This document shows positions 11,014 through 23,915 of a DNA stretch of 64,000 nt, piece by piece (the stretch's first letter is position 1; each line of letters starts with the position of its first letter). Source of the stretch: Octopus bimaculoides (taxonomy: Eukaryota). Under the pieces are notes generated by a model, which saw nothing but the letters and a program-made list of their open reading frames with translations, had not been told where the DNA came from and did no database searches. The position numbers were made by a program, and so were the translations under genes. The stretch covers positions 38,403,003-38,467,002 of the forward strand of contig NC_068984.1 in the NCBI RefSeq assembly GCF_001194135.2. Direction: 5' to 3'.

Positions 11014-13975
11014 AACCAACTCTTGTACAAAGCTAGCAAATACATGGTTCAAGGGAGTTAACTCTCGAACTCAGCTGGCATTTATTTCCTGTTTTTGCAG
11101 CGCGTATTCTCGTGTATAGGATGTCCGGGTCATAATTTTAATGTCACCGGTTCAGTTCCTGGACCGAACAATGCGATGTGTCTTAAAAAAACAGCTGCGT
11201 ACGGGTATTCTCCCCCTATTTACCAAAAGGTGAGAGTCGAGGTCTAAATCTGCTCGCTCCTCCATAGACACCTAAAACTATCAACGAAGGCATGATACAT
11301 GTTGGCAAGCCATACTCATTCGCAAGTGACGGCTGGCTCGAATTTATTTATTTAACATCCCGTTACTTTTACTTTTAGATTAAAAAACAGGCACATTATA
11401 AACTATAAGTATATAGTGAGGGAGAAAACAACATTGACTAATATTATTTGAATTCTTTCGACAAGTACCGGAGAAAACTCTGGATATGTTCCAATCTTAT
11501 AGATATCCTCAGGGAAGTATGGAGTTCACTCTGTCGAAATAGTGATGGATAATTCGCTAAATAGATGTACAAAAATATACACTAGTAAGCGAAAAAAAAC
11601 CCTCCAAAAAACTAGGATTTGCTAAGTGAATAAATTACATAGAAATACTATCAGCGCAAAAAAAAAAACATCAAGTTGAATATACTTAATGCAGAGAGCA
11701 TTAGAAAATTAGGCAAATCCGGTGATGTTTATACTTCACTGAGGGTGGTCATGCAACATATCCGGAGTTATCTACCGTGCTCAAATAACGGCAATGATTA
11801 ATGCCGCCTAATTACATAAGAATTTACAGATAGTCTTTTTTTTTTCTCAATGCCTCCAGCTTTCTAAGATTTCGTCTGTTTATAGTAACTTTTAGATATA
11901 GTGAAAACTGTTTATTGTGACGACTTTAGGAAGAAGCATTTCAGATTACACTAACTTTATTTCGGTTCCAATTTATTAACGATAAAATATGATTGCAAAT
12001 ATATTTATACTTTTCGAACGTGATATACAAAACGATATAATAATGCACATACACGTTAAATGCAAATAAACTATATTTATATACGAAACTAATTTAATAA
12101 TTACATATATAACAAGTATGTATATGATACATAGGTAGGTGGGGCAGAATGAGGAGTTTTTCTTGCATTTTTGATAAAATATAATTTTTACAAATGTTCA
12201 CTATCTTACAAAAACTATACCAGCTAAGCAAGTGACCTTTTCTAAATGCATTAAAAACATCATAACATGATCTGATCACTATTTCAGAAAATTATCAGTT
12301 CTCTTTCAGTATATAAAAGACAAATTTGCTGGGGCAAAATGAGTAAGCCAAGATAAGGTAAATTTTCCCCTTCAATTCTTCAGGAGCACATTTAAAAACA
12401 GACTCATGCACATCAATATCCATCCTTAGATATCAGAAAGATCAGAAATGCTTTAAAGAAATATTAATATCTAGGTCAAATAACAAAGGATCAGGGAAAA
12501 TGACACATGATATGAAGTTAACGAAACTTGACTAAATAAAAAAAGAAACACTCAACATAAAATATTCTCTATAGCTTGTTCACGATCTGCTGGAGTGGCT
12601 TCCTTCCCGATATATTTACACACTATGCAGTAAAGTGAAGAAATTATTGAAATAAGTCATAACTCATTTTACTCCATTTTAGATATCATTTTTTGAAACT
12701 TGAAAATTATCAAATTAGACATAAGTGCGGGAAAACATTGACTTGAAATCCAACAGCAAAAAGAATATTGATTGTTAAACACCAAAAATTATCCAGATAT
12801 TTTATTAGCAACCTCAGTTACAATGGGGTCAAAGTTGAGGAAAAATTTCTCGAAAAAATGTATCTGTCACCTGATTATGTTCCAAACTCCAACAACTATG
12901 CTGGCCAATTTTTGCTCCTGAAGATGATGCAACAGTACCAAATGACGATGCAATACTTGCAACATAATGATTTCAAGCAAGAAATGAGAAATTACTAATT
13001 TTGCGCCCCCTTTCCATATAATACAAAACCACATTAAAGTACAAATTCCAAATCGAAGAAAACACAAGCATGACCAAAGAAAGAAGAAAAAAGGAGGGAA
13101 AAGAGGAAGAAAGAAAGAAAAAGAGCATCTATTCAACACAAAGTACTTCAGTTGGTTGCACACCATAAGGTCCAACGGAACCTACTGAAGCAAGGCAGCA
13201 CGCTCGCGATATTAACACGGGCGTTGGAACAATCGAGCACCCTCACGAGCATCACCTGACATCTCGGTAAGGCAAGCCGCCAACAATGACAAGGACTTTG
13301 CTATTTTAATTGTACAAATCATAGTGCCCTCCCATTTAAAAAAAAACTTTTCTATTTGTAAAATTCTACCCAATGTTCTGCAGGTTTGACTACATTTTAT
13401 AATGTTGATAAGGTCTAATATACTGAAACATATCCATAGTTATCTCCCTTACCTGCAAACACAAATCAAACTATCTCCTTAGCATTTAAATTAACTCGAG
13501 AAATAGATTTAAATTTTTAAAATTATCTCCCTTTTTTCGTTAAGGGGAAACTCTCAACTGCCGCCAGGTTCTTATTTCATTTCGCCAACTAAGACATAAA
13601 TTTCAGTTTGCCATTCAGTGCGTGGATCTATAAATCGTGTGTTTGCCATTCAGTGCGTAGCTTTATTAATCATGTGTTACTTTCAAAAGGGAATAAGTAA
13701 TAAGTGTGTATAATGTATGTTAAAGTCTTTTCATGGTAAACATATTGTATTGACTCTTTTATAAAGCACAATAATGCCAGATTAGCAAGACATTACAGAA
13801 GGTAATTGTAAAGATACATTAAATTGATGAAGGAAAGTCAAGTCGGACAGTTGTTGCGACTTGTTGAGACAACAAAATATCCTATTTGATTAGGTATATT
13901 TTCAGAAAGTGTATGGCGTTCATAAGTGTTTTTTGCATTCATTTCACTATGTCTATCTGGACGTTATTATTATAA

Positions 13976-15170
13976 AAGCGGCATGCTGGCAGAATCGTTA
14001 GCACAATAGACAAAATGCTTAGCAGCGTTTCCGGCTCTGCGTTTTGGGTTTAAATACCGTCGAAATCAATTTTGTTTTTGGTCCTTTTGGGGTTGTTAAA
14101 ATAGACACCAGTTGAAGTACTGGGGTCAAGAGTTAGGGTTCTGTCTTTGTGCCAAAATTTGAAACAATAATTGAGGTGGTTATTTGACAGAATTGTTAGT
14201 ACGTCGGACAAAATGCTTAGCGACATTTCTTCCGGCTCTTAACGTCCGAATTCAAATACCACCAAGATAGACCTTGCCTTTCGTCCATTTGGGGTTGATA
14301 AAATAGGTGCCAATTGAGAACTGGGGTAGGTATAATCGAATTCCGTTGGTCTTGTGCTAATAATTAGAAAAAAATATAACTATTATTATTATGGTGGTGG
14401 ATTGACAAAATTGTTAGAATGTCGGAAAATGCTTTGTGATATTTCTTCCGTCTCTTCATGTTCTGAGTTCAAATCCCACTGGGATAAATTTATCTTTCCA
14501 GACTTACCAACCCTTAAAAGTAAAAAATCATAAGAATTCGAACTCGGAGCTAGAAAAAGTAATGAGAAATGATAAAAAGTGAAATACTCTCAAATTTCCT
14601 AGCAGACCCGGTTTTAGTAAGCGCAATTGAGATTCAATGTCACGTGATATCTACAGTTAGTCCTAAAGAGTTTTTAGTAATATTCTTTACTTTTTTTCTG
14701 ATAGGAAAGAACAAATGTATATTATAAATATGCGAACTGTAGATGTTGCTAGGGTGTGGTTATGAGTAGGCTAAAAATGCACCTCGGAACTGTGATAAGT
14801 CTTCAGAGGTTCTAAAAATTTTTTTGGAGTTTGTCTTTGGAGAAAGCGTGAGAAATTGCATGTGAAAAGGTGAGAGCGTGAGATAATAAGTGAAATCGTG
14901 AGTTTCACGACTTGGTTAGGATGTCTTACATCATTTTGGATTCAATAAAATGAAGTATCAGCGAAGTACTGCAATTTCTGGTCTTGTGCCTAAGTTAGAA
15001 ACAATTATTACTAGGGAAGTGGTTTGGCAGAATCCTTAACGCGTCCGACAAAATGCTTTACGACATCTCTTCTAGCTCTTTGCATTCTGAGATCAGCATT
15101 TTGTCCCTCCGTCTTGACGTAATCGATCATCTCCCCTCTTCTCAAAATTGCTGGGCCTGTACTGAAATTA
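13976..15170 (+). mobile_element. Cluster of about four old head-type-B SINE copies
   Basis: Repeated decayed heads: GGCAGAATCGTTAGCAC (about 13988), GACAGAATTGTTAG (about 14187), GACAAAATTGTTAG (about 14404), GGCAGAATCCTTAAC (about 15026), each followed by CAAAATGCTT-like sequence. Confidence 0.7.
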
Positions 15171-16844
15171 GTAGTTGTTGTTTAATCCCAGTTCACTCCT
15201 GATTAAGTAATAATGTCTTGGATCCTCCACCTGCACAGATGCGCATACCCTTAATGTAATCCTCAAGCAGAGTCAACATGACACTTTGAATTACAAGTAC
15301 CGATAGCTTCCATACAATCTAGTTAATTTCTTTCTCAATGTTTGGGTTGACTTGAAGCTATAGCAAAAACAAAATAACAAAAAGAGTAAAAAGCCTAATG
15401 TGCCATGCAATGTGGTTGAACCCAGAAGCATATGGTAGTAAAGCGAATTTCTTCAGCATCACTGCTGAGAAAAAGAACCTAGCGTCAAAGGCACTCCAGC
15501 TTTGATCCATCCTGTCATTTTGGTTTTCAGACAGAGAACTGTATATATATATTCTTCCGTTTTTAGACAGGGTATAGAGCCGAAGACAAGCCAACAAAAG
15601 AGCTTGGATTTAGAAACTGCTAGAACACCAAATTTCTATTAAATGAGAAGGGAAGGACAGTAGTCTTGGAAATATTATTTAAGAATAAGGAGGAGTGTTC
15701 ACAGTTTGAATGTCTTTTGATCATATGTCTATTCGACCGGGGATAACCTCATTTACATTTTGTGACCCAGTGTCTATGTTAAATAACATTGCTCAAGACA
15801 ATTTCAGAAGTTTTATTAAAAAAAAACACATTTTGAACATTATAGTCCTAAATATAAAGAAATGACGGCTCCGTCATGGCTGGAATTCCATACCTTTAAT
15901 CATTGATTTTTTTAATACGGCAAAGCTATAAAAAAATACATCTTGAAGGAACGGTCAGAATACATACACAATGGTTTAACATGCAGATGGTACATAATGA
16001 TGATGTATGCTGGATTTTACAGGAAAAACACATATGAGACATAACTTCTGTTGGAGGACAGGAACAACGTACGCGTCGAAGGAATAGCTGAGGCTGCCTG
16101 CGGAATAACTGCTCTCTACCAAAGATTCGAATTCCACCATGTCGACCCACCTCACTGAAAAAACATAGCGGGAAGACACTCCCTATATAGCTGATGGTGG
16201 CTCGCTTAGGTGGTCTGTCAAGTGATGGAATGGACAGTCTGCGTAAAGCTAGAGGAACATCGACCATCATGTGATGAGCCAAAATGTGGGTACTTAAAGG
16301 TAAAGAGCCAAACTGTGAACATGCTTACCGATCTATCTACTCGGTTAAATTTGATGCAGAGTGAAGCAGCAAGATTTATCTTGACCCTCAAATTTTCTTA
16401 AATGTAAATATTAATGAAAGCTTTATTATAATCACTATAAAAATAATCCTTTTATAGTTATAGTAGGTTATACATCATTAGATGTACACCTGACTTTCCT
16501 ATATAATATTAAAGAATATAACGGAACGCTGAACTCCAGACTATCAACTTAAACAACATTTATTCAGGTGGTTAATATATACATCTTTAGCTCTTGTTTG
16601 TTGTTACAGCTTCTGTGTGTGTGAGCATTGTTGTTGGGACGTTGGTGTGTAGATGTAAGCGAGCTGTCTAGCGTAAGTTCGAAAGATGGTGAGAGACAGC
16701 TAAACACGTCCATGCTCAATCGCTGGCCAGCAAGAAAGAGCCTGTCTCCAGAGCTGGAATGTTGGAGACACTGCTTGACACGTCCATGCTCATGGCCGGC
16801 CGACCGAGAAAGAGACAGAATGAAGCGGGAAAGCTTGCTTGTTG

Positions 16845-16892
16845 AATTCCACGCATGCGTGAGACTACGCATGCGCACGGCGTTACTACACT
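16845..16892. promoter_or_regulatory. Twin NRF1-like motifs at the edge of a CpG-rich island
   Basis: ACGCATGCGT (perfect palindrome, 16851-16860) and TACGCATGCGCA (16866-16877; 11/12 to YGCGCAYGCGCR), followed by ACTACA. Confidence 0.5.
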
Positions 16893-17499
16893 TTCAACTA
16901 TAGAAACAAGGTTTGAAATTTTGTGGGAGGAGATTAGTCGATTACACCGACTCCAGTGTTTCACTGATACTTAATTTATTGATTCTGAAAGGGTGAAAGG
17001 CATAGTCGACCTCGGTGAAATTGATGTGCTAACGATTCTGCCAGCTTGTCATAGGTTCACTATCACTATTCAAGTACATTGGTGTATATGTGGGCGGGAT
17101 GACTTGAGGTGGGTTTTTAGGAGACATAGCGTGGGAATTTAGTTGATACGCGATGGTCTTTAAAAAAAACAAAATCTTTTTGCAATATTACAGAATGAAA
17201 TCCCACTAAATTTGACACAGAATTTTAAAAGTGAAAAAGAAATGTATTTTTCAGTGACATTTAATGTCAGCATTTTATATTCAGCGAAATAATACCTCAT
17301 ATTACAACCCATGAATTATAAGTTGATGCTAGTTTCTATTACAACTTTAAATTTTCTTTGAGGACAATTCACATATTTTGCGGCACTAAATTGCATGTTA
17401 ACTTATATATTTAACGAATCAGTAACTCGTCACTGACTGCTTGCGCATGTGATTTTAACTTTTGTTTTTTCAATTCTTTCTTCATTGTTTTTCGATACC

Positions 17500-18900
17500 A
17501 ATCATTAGAAGAAAAAATTAAATCGAGCCAAAAGATAGAGGACGAAATTTTCAAACTTGGTAAACATGATCAATATGGTGTTGTTTAATATCAATGATAA
17601 AACATTTCGTAAATTGTATAAAGAGCTAGATGTAAGTTGAGCTTGGAATGTTAAAAAGCATCTTAACATCACTCGCACCTAGAAAAATACTGTTGAAGAC
17701 CGCAAAGAATATGTATTCCAATAACGAAATGTGAAATATTCAATCCGAGTGCTTATTCAAATTTTTTGCAAATTTTTACGAAGTATCTGCAAGTTCTAGC
17801 ATTGTTAATCATGAAGTAATGACGAGTTTATTAAAGAAGTTTTAAGTGTGCCTCATTTTCATTTGATGATTTTATACTACGAACGCTATTATAAATGTCA
17901 TTGAGTTTACAGCACATAATGTTAAAGATAGAATTATGAAAATGAATGCCAACAAAGAAAATCTAATTCAAGGGCACTTAAATACCTGAGACATTTGCTT
18001 CCATTCATCTTGATGAACTTGTTGGCATTACATCATCACCTTGATTAACTATTATCACACAATATTTTCACGGAGATTCTATTCGTGACGAATTCTCCAA
18101 ACATGTCAGGAAAAGACGTGTGTTGTTAAAGTATTTCGTAAAAGACAAATGAATTTTCGATTATAACCGATATGCTCCAAATATGGTAGGCTGAAATGTT
18201 GGCATTGCGAAGTAATTTACGGAAACTTGATTTTTCTTTTGTTTCTGTCCATGCATCAAAAAGAACTGTGTATAAAAGTAGGCTTTTGAAGATTTCGATG
18301 ATGGGATGACAATTGTGACAAAGTCAATTTGATACCCCCTGTTACAAGATTTTGTATGAACAAAAATTTAATTTACTTTTTAAATTAAATTATAATAGAA
18401 TTATAATTATATTTCTCATATAAAATGAAGTACAATGGTTGAGTTGTGGTTAAGACTTCGACCACTTGTTGAATATTTAGGGTTTTTAGGAAATCTATTT
18501 ACTTGATGTTAAGTTTCACCTCGAATTTTGATAGTAAACTCAGCATTTTTAACACAAATTACAAAGTAAAAGTACTTCTTAAGGCAAAAAAAAAAACTGT
18601 TGTTAGAAATTCTAAAGGCTATAGCAGTCATTTCCTGGATTTGTTGAGTAAAGCAAATCAGAAAGTTATAGAAAACAATACTATTTGTACAAACGTTCAG
18701 ATGAAGTTTATTTCACAGATCTGAAATTACTTGCATCTAAGTGGTTGGATTTAAGGATCTGGAAAAGCAGTTGACTTCTTGTCCAATCCTGTTTGGAATC
18801 AAAAATTCATTATACTTATAACTTATTTTGGTATTTGTTGAACGTGAACAAGTATTCATGAATAAACATTCTCAATAAAAATCTGAGAATTACATTCCTG
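17500..18900 (+). mobile_element. Degenerate hAT (Buster/SPIN/Charlie-like) transposase relic
   Basis: Broken frames: NVKDRIMKMNANKENLI; SIHLDELVGI from 18000 (cf. SLQLDESTDI); LLKYF; RYAPNMVG*NVG at about 18168-18200 (cf. TDGAPxMxG); LFHRSEI at about 18710 (cf. LLYHTEV); FLSNPVW at about 18775. Confidence 0.55.
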
Positions 18901-19539
18901 AAAATTTTGGCATCTTGTAAAATTTTTCATAAAAGCACTCCTAACCATTTTTCTAATCTTTCATGTGAAATGTTCTCAGCACTAAGTAATATTAAAATAC
19001 ACAAGAAAAACAGAATGGGTGTTGACTTGATAGTCGGTTTATCCATTCCATAAAGCAACTATCTTCTCAAACTCAGTAACAAAAAAAAAAAAATGGCAAA
19101 TTTCATTTTATTATCTTAACCTCATAAATATGTTTTGAAATTTCAAGTTATATTTTATTAAACTAATAGTAGAAAATTATTAAACTAATATTAGAAAATT
19201 TAACAGAATCACTGGAACATCAAACAAAATACCTGGTGGTATTTATTCCAGTTCTTTCCCTCCTAAGTTCAAACCTCACCAATGTTAACTTTGCCTTGGG
19301 GTCAATGAAATAAAATGCCACTCAAGTCCTAAAGTTGATGGAATCAACTAAACCTACCTACCTTCTCAAAATGGCTGGCTTTGTGCCAACAAAAACTTAA
19401 ATTTTGATATGCAAGAGTATAGAGGTTCACCTTTGCTGTACTGAAAGATCATAAAAAGAAATCGGCTTAAATTTACATCAGAATAACTCAAATCAATCCT
19501 TGAGACCACAAGAGAGCTTTCACAGGGGTTACTCGACCT

Positions 19540-19710
19540 ATTAGAAATAGCAGCCAAATCGCCATCAAATCACACCCGCTCTCTTAAATGAAAAAATGAA
19601 ACTTTGGGCAAAGTATTACTTGGTATACAAACAGGTTGAACAATCATAGCTGGAATGTTTTTGATCATCAAAGACCTGCTCCACCAGGGCTTGGGCCTAA
19701 ACAACAATTT
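19540..19710 (+). repeat. Unnamed interspersed repeat family ending in TAAACAAC
   Basis: AGAAATAGCAGCCAAATC...CAAATCACACCC...GCTGGAATG...TTTGATCAT...GGGCCTAAACAAC. Related copies at about 24710-24870, 25060-25270(-), 29870-30090(-), 33400-33570, 44970-45150, 57715-57880(-), 60340-60490(-). Confidence 0.7.
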
Positions 19711-21339
19711 ACAAGGGTTACAAGAATTGAATGGATAAACAAAAAATACTAAAACAGTTGAGTATCAGTAAAAGAAGTTAATGGGTTCACTGTCCTTCAT
19801 CATCACTGAGGAAGCGAGAACTACCAACCAAATCTCATTATACTATCTTAAAAAATAGAAAGGCCATATAACATAGTGTTGTCTCAGATACTCTATGACT
19901 GGAACAAAAAGACAGAATGGCCATTGATGGAATACTTTTCATCATGTCTTCACAATCAAGGATGGTTTCAGTTTAATCAACAAGCAAGTGAATCTTTATG
20001 TAGTTGGTTAGTCTGACAGAAATAGCAATCAACTCTCCCTGCATATGCAGAACAGATTGGGTAGTGTAGTCCCAGACACACTTTGCTTGAAAAGGAAGGA
20101 AAAGAGTTTGTCACTGACACATTGCCATTCATTATAGTTCAAGGCCAAAATAACAAAGCCAACAGTGATAAGCAGATAATCTCCTATGAATGGACTACAT
20201 AAGACTGTCAAATTAGAACTTATGTTCTCATTTCTTGTTTATGATTCCACCTTCCACTCCCATCACCACCTTCTGTCATAGGCTGAAATTTTGAGACCAA
20301 GACAATAACAATTTTATATCTATCCTTCTCTCTCTCTCTCTATTTCTCTCTGTCTCCCAATGAAGAACAAGTTCCTGAAATGCTTCACACCTCATGGCAA
20401 ATCAATTCCCTAAACCCTCCTACAAACTCATTTACTGGTTACTTTTTGCGAAAACAGGTTACCATCAGCTTCCTCAGACTCTGGATTTTCATTAGAGGGA
20501 AAAATGGGATTAATTAGAATATGAAAACAGAATGAAAGATCAAAAGTAAGTATAAACTAAACCGGTTATTTGAAGACTCCACTGTGAGGCTGAGAGTGAG
20601 AACAGTAGTGAAGAATGTAATGTTTCTGTGGACATATATCTGATGAGGAAGAAGAATCTGATAGTGAGCAAAGAAACAAGAATGTTTTAAATGCAGGGGG
20701 GGGGGGAGGATTATGTTCTTGTGCGTTATGGTGGCAGGTAAAAAAAGTGTACTATTATGTTGTACTGGTTGATGAAACAGTGGAGTAACAAATAAAATTT
20801 TGAAACGTATTCTGAGCAAAGATTTTTGTGTGCACAAAATGCACAATGTCAGATGATAATGAAATATGCACACATTAATATGAGGGTATGGCATTTATTC
20901 TGGTTGCTCTGTACAGTTATAAAAGAACAAAACATTGTCATCATAAAATTGTGTTTCCTGTTGGTCTATAGGAATGTAAACTAGAGTAAATACAAAGCCG
21001 TCTTGTGAAAAATAAACCTTGTTTATGGGTGACAAACCAAAGTGATAATGATGCCTTGTCAAAATTATCTGATAAACTTACCATTAGGAGACTTAAGCCA
21101 GATGGTTCTGGTTGACTTGATCACTGGTATTGAAAATTGAAACTATGCTAATATGATTCTTGAATTGTCCTATAATTACTGGTATATTATAAGGTGCTTC
21201 ACAACATTTTAAAACATACTCCACTGTGGGGCAAGTAGCAATGTCTAAATTTAGGTCACATAAGTGACTTTTTTCAGGAATTTCTTTAAGCCTCTGCTGA
21301 ACTTGTTTGCTGAGTTTATTGTACATCATGAATCCTCCT

Positions 21340-22350
21340 TATCATCATCATTTAATATTTGTTTTCTATGCTGGCATAGGTTGGATGGCTTAACATCGTC
21401 TCTTCTGGCATAGTTTCTACAGCAGGATTCCCTTTCTAACACCAAACACTTTACAAAGTGTACTGGTGACTGTGGAAGGAAATTAGTTGGCAGAGTATGA
21501 ATGGTGGGTACATGTTGTTGGATGCAGGAGTGGATATGGTCAGGAAGCAATATAGTTTGAATAGAGAATTGAAGAGCTATCAAAGTGCCTTAACCCTGTA
21601 GGATGAGCTCATCAGTGCTTTTTGTGTGATACCAGCACTGGTATCAATTCTGCTGTAGTGGATGGGTCTTCTTGAGTACAGCAATGTTCCAAATATCTCA
21701 GTCCTTTGTCATCTCCTTTGTAAGGCTCAGTGTCTTGAGATCAGCTTTCAGTACCTCATCTGATGTCTTTCTGGGTCTCTCTCTTTCCATCCACTTTAAG
21801 TGATTGGCACTTCTGTACACAGCTGTCTACATTCTTATGCATCACATAACCAAACCAGTACAGTTTTCTCCTTGCACACTGCATCTAATTCCTCTTGTGC
21901 CTAACTTTTCTTTCAATACACAAGTACTTTGTCGTATGTGTACACTGAAATTGCACATTTAGTGTAACATACTAGCTTCCTTCTTCGCTAACCTTTGCAT
22001 GTCCTCTGTATCCAGGATCCACTTTTCACTACCATGCAGCATTGTTATTCATATACATGCATCATACAATTTTGCTCTCACTGAGAGAGAGACCTTTGGT
22101 TGCCAACAGAGATAAAAACACTCTGAATTTTCTCCATCCTATTCTTATTCTAGTGATTATACTTTCTATACATCCTCTCCCACTGCTAATTAGGTCCCCT
22201 GGGTAGCAGAAATTATCCACTACCTCTAAAGAACCTCTGGGGCATTTAAGAAAATCAATTTCCTGACTATCTGTATTCTGTATGGATTCTGTGCATCTCC
22301 TGCATACAAATTCTACTTTCTCTGCAAACCTTATTATCATTCCACTGCAC
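21340..22350 (-). mobile_element. RTE-clade LINE relic: RT C-terminus, 3' UTR and (GAT)n tail
   Basis: ORF 22062..22340: LEVVDNFCYPGDLISSGRGCIESIITRIRIGWRKFR..LLATKGLSL, continuing with frameshifts through MLHGSE...; tail at 21341-21353. Same family as 42350-43257. Confidence 0.88.
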
Positions 22351-22599
22351 TTGTTATGTGCCCAATATAACTAAGTTGAAAGTAAAGGTCTTTTGTTTTT
22401 GTGAAATGCGTTCCAACTAACCCAATTTCCCTATTATACAATTCTCTCCATCCCCTTTCACCTCAAATCTAGATATTAGCCATTTCCCTTACATTCTTAA
22501 CCACTTCTTACTAATCTCATTTCTCTGTAATCTCCTTCTGCCATTCAATTTCTCTTCATATTCCTCCCATCCAGTGTGTGTGTGTGTGTGTGCTCCTTA

Positions 22600-22900
22600 A
22601 CTTAATCCCTATTTCCCTCACTGTCCCCACATCTACTGCATTCCCTATTACACATCACATGCCATTGTTACTCTACCCACCACCCATTACCCTCCTGTCT
22701 CTGACACTGATTATTCCATCCTTAGTACAGGTCACCACTTCACACCCCTCATTTCCTCTGGTGATGAGTCCTAGACCTGGGCTGACATCCAGTGATTCCT
22801 GCAACACATGATGCTGAATACCTTTTTTCAGATTCACAGACTGTCTCAAAATCTCCTGGGCTGAACTCTTCACTATGTTATCTTCGATACCAACATGGCT
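22600..22900 (-). mobile_element. Possible AP-endonuclease relic of an RTE-like LINE
   Basis: ...SPGLG...DGIISVRDRRVMGGG*SNNGM resembles the YAPQxGL...VIVGGDFNGHVG region, weakly. Confidence 0.35.
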
Positions 22901-23489
22901 TTATCGTCAAGTCTACCAACAATGGTTGTGCCATAATTGTGTCATAAGCTCATTCCTACAGGGCTAAGGCACTTTGACAGCTCTTCAGTTCTCTATTCAA
23001 ACTATATTGCTTTCTGACCATATCCAACAGCATGTACCCACCATTCATATTCTGCATCCAACAGCATATACCCACCATTCATACTCTGCCAACTCATTTT
23101 CTTCCACAGCCACCAACAATGCCCACTTACTGTAAATCTACCTCTGCTATTCACATACTCCCTGAGATCCATAAAACCAACAACCCAGTCACTCCATCGT
23201 TTCTGCCTGCAACTTTCCCACTGAACTCATCTCTAAGTCTATAAGATAGTTTTTTCTCATTCCATCACATATTCACAACATCCTCCACCATTTCAACACA
23301 TTCTTCTTTTCTTCTGAACCCCTCCTAGCTTTTTTTTTTTTTTTTGCACTATAAAAGCACCATCCAAACGTGGTCAATGCCAGTGCCACCTGTACCAGTG
23401 GCACGTAAAAAGTACCATCCAAACGTGACCAATGCCAGTGCTGCCTGACTGGCTCCCGTTAAACCATGATGATGTTCTTATATATCAGA

Positions 23490-23915
23490 ATCATTGTTCT
23501 GATAGAGCTGTGAAGGATGAATTTGATATTTGTGGTAATCTAGCTTTATTGAAAAATGTTGATGAAGGAGAGTACTCACTGCAGTAAATTTTGAATGCAG
23601 ATGGGAGACCTGTTTTTGAATCAAATACCAAAACAAACTCATGTTTCTGAAGTAAAACTGTACTAGGATCCAAGACTGTCAGATATTGCATGGTTCCCCT
23701 ACTTGGTGGTAATGCTTCAAGAAATATAAAAATCTCAGGTCATTGGTTGTTTACTATTCTGAGACATCAGTACCTATAAAAGGCTACTTTAAATCTTATC
23801 TTCCTGATATGTGAGAAATATAAAAAACATGGATCATCAGAACAGTGTTCTAAGATTATTTTACTTCATATTTCTGCCCATCTGTCAAAGAATATTGTCA
23901 GGATACCAAACCATA
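23490..23915 (+). mobile_element. Tigger/pogo (Tc1-mariner superfamily) DDE transposase relic
   Basis: DEGEYSLQ*ILNAD (cf. GGYxxxQIFNxDETGL); LLGGNAS at 23700-23719 (cf. LLLGGNAxG); after frameshift KGYFKSYLP...KTWIIRTVF*DYFTSYFCPSVKEYCQ (cf. KAWVTxxLFxDWFxxxFxPxVxxYC). Confidence 0.78.

Noticed and set aside
10870-11052. ORF-track start at 11052 for DTWD2
   Set aside because: That codon is TTG; the first in-frame ATG is 11013 and the frame leaves at the donor at 10909.
15926-16964. Overlapping 63-118-aa ORFs as protein genes
   Set aside because: No recognisable domain; multiple open frames are expected in a GC-rich patch; candidate spliced plus-strand frames hit stops quickly.
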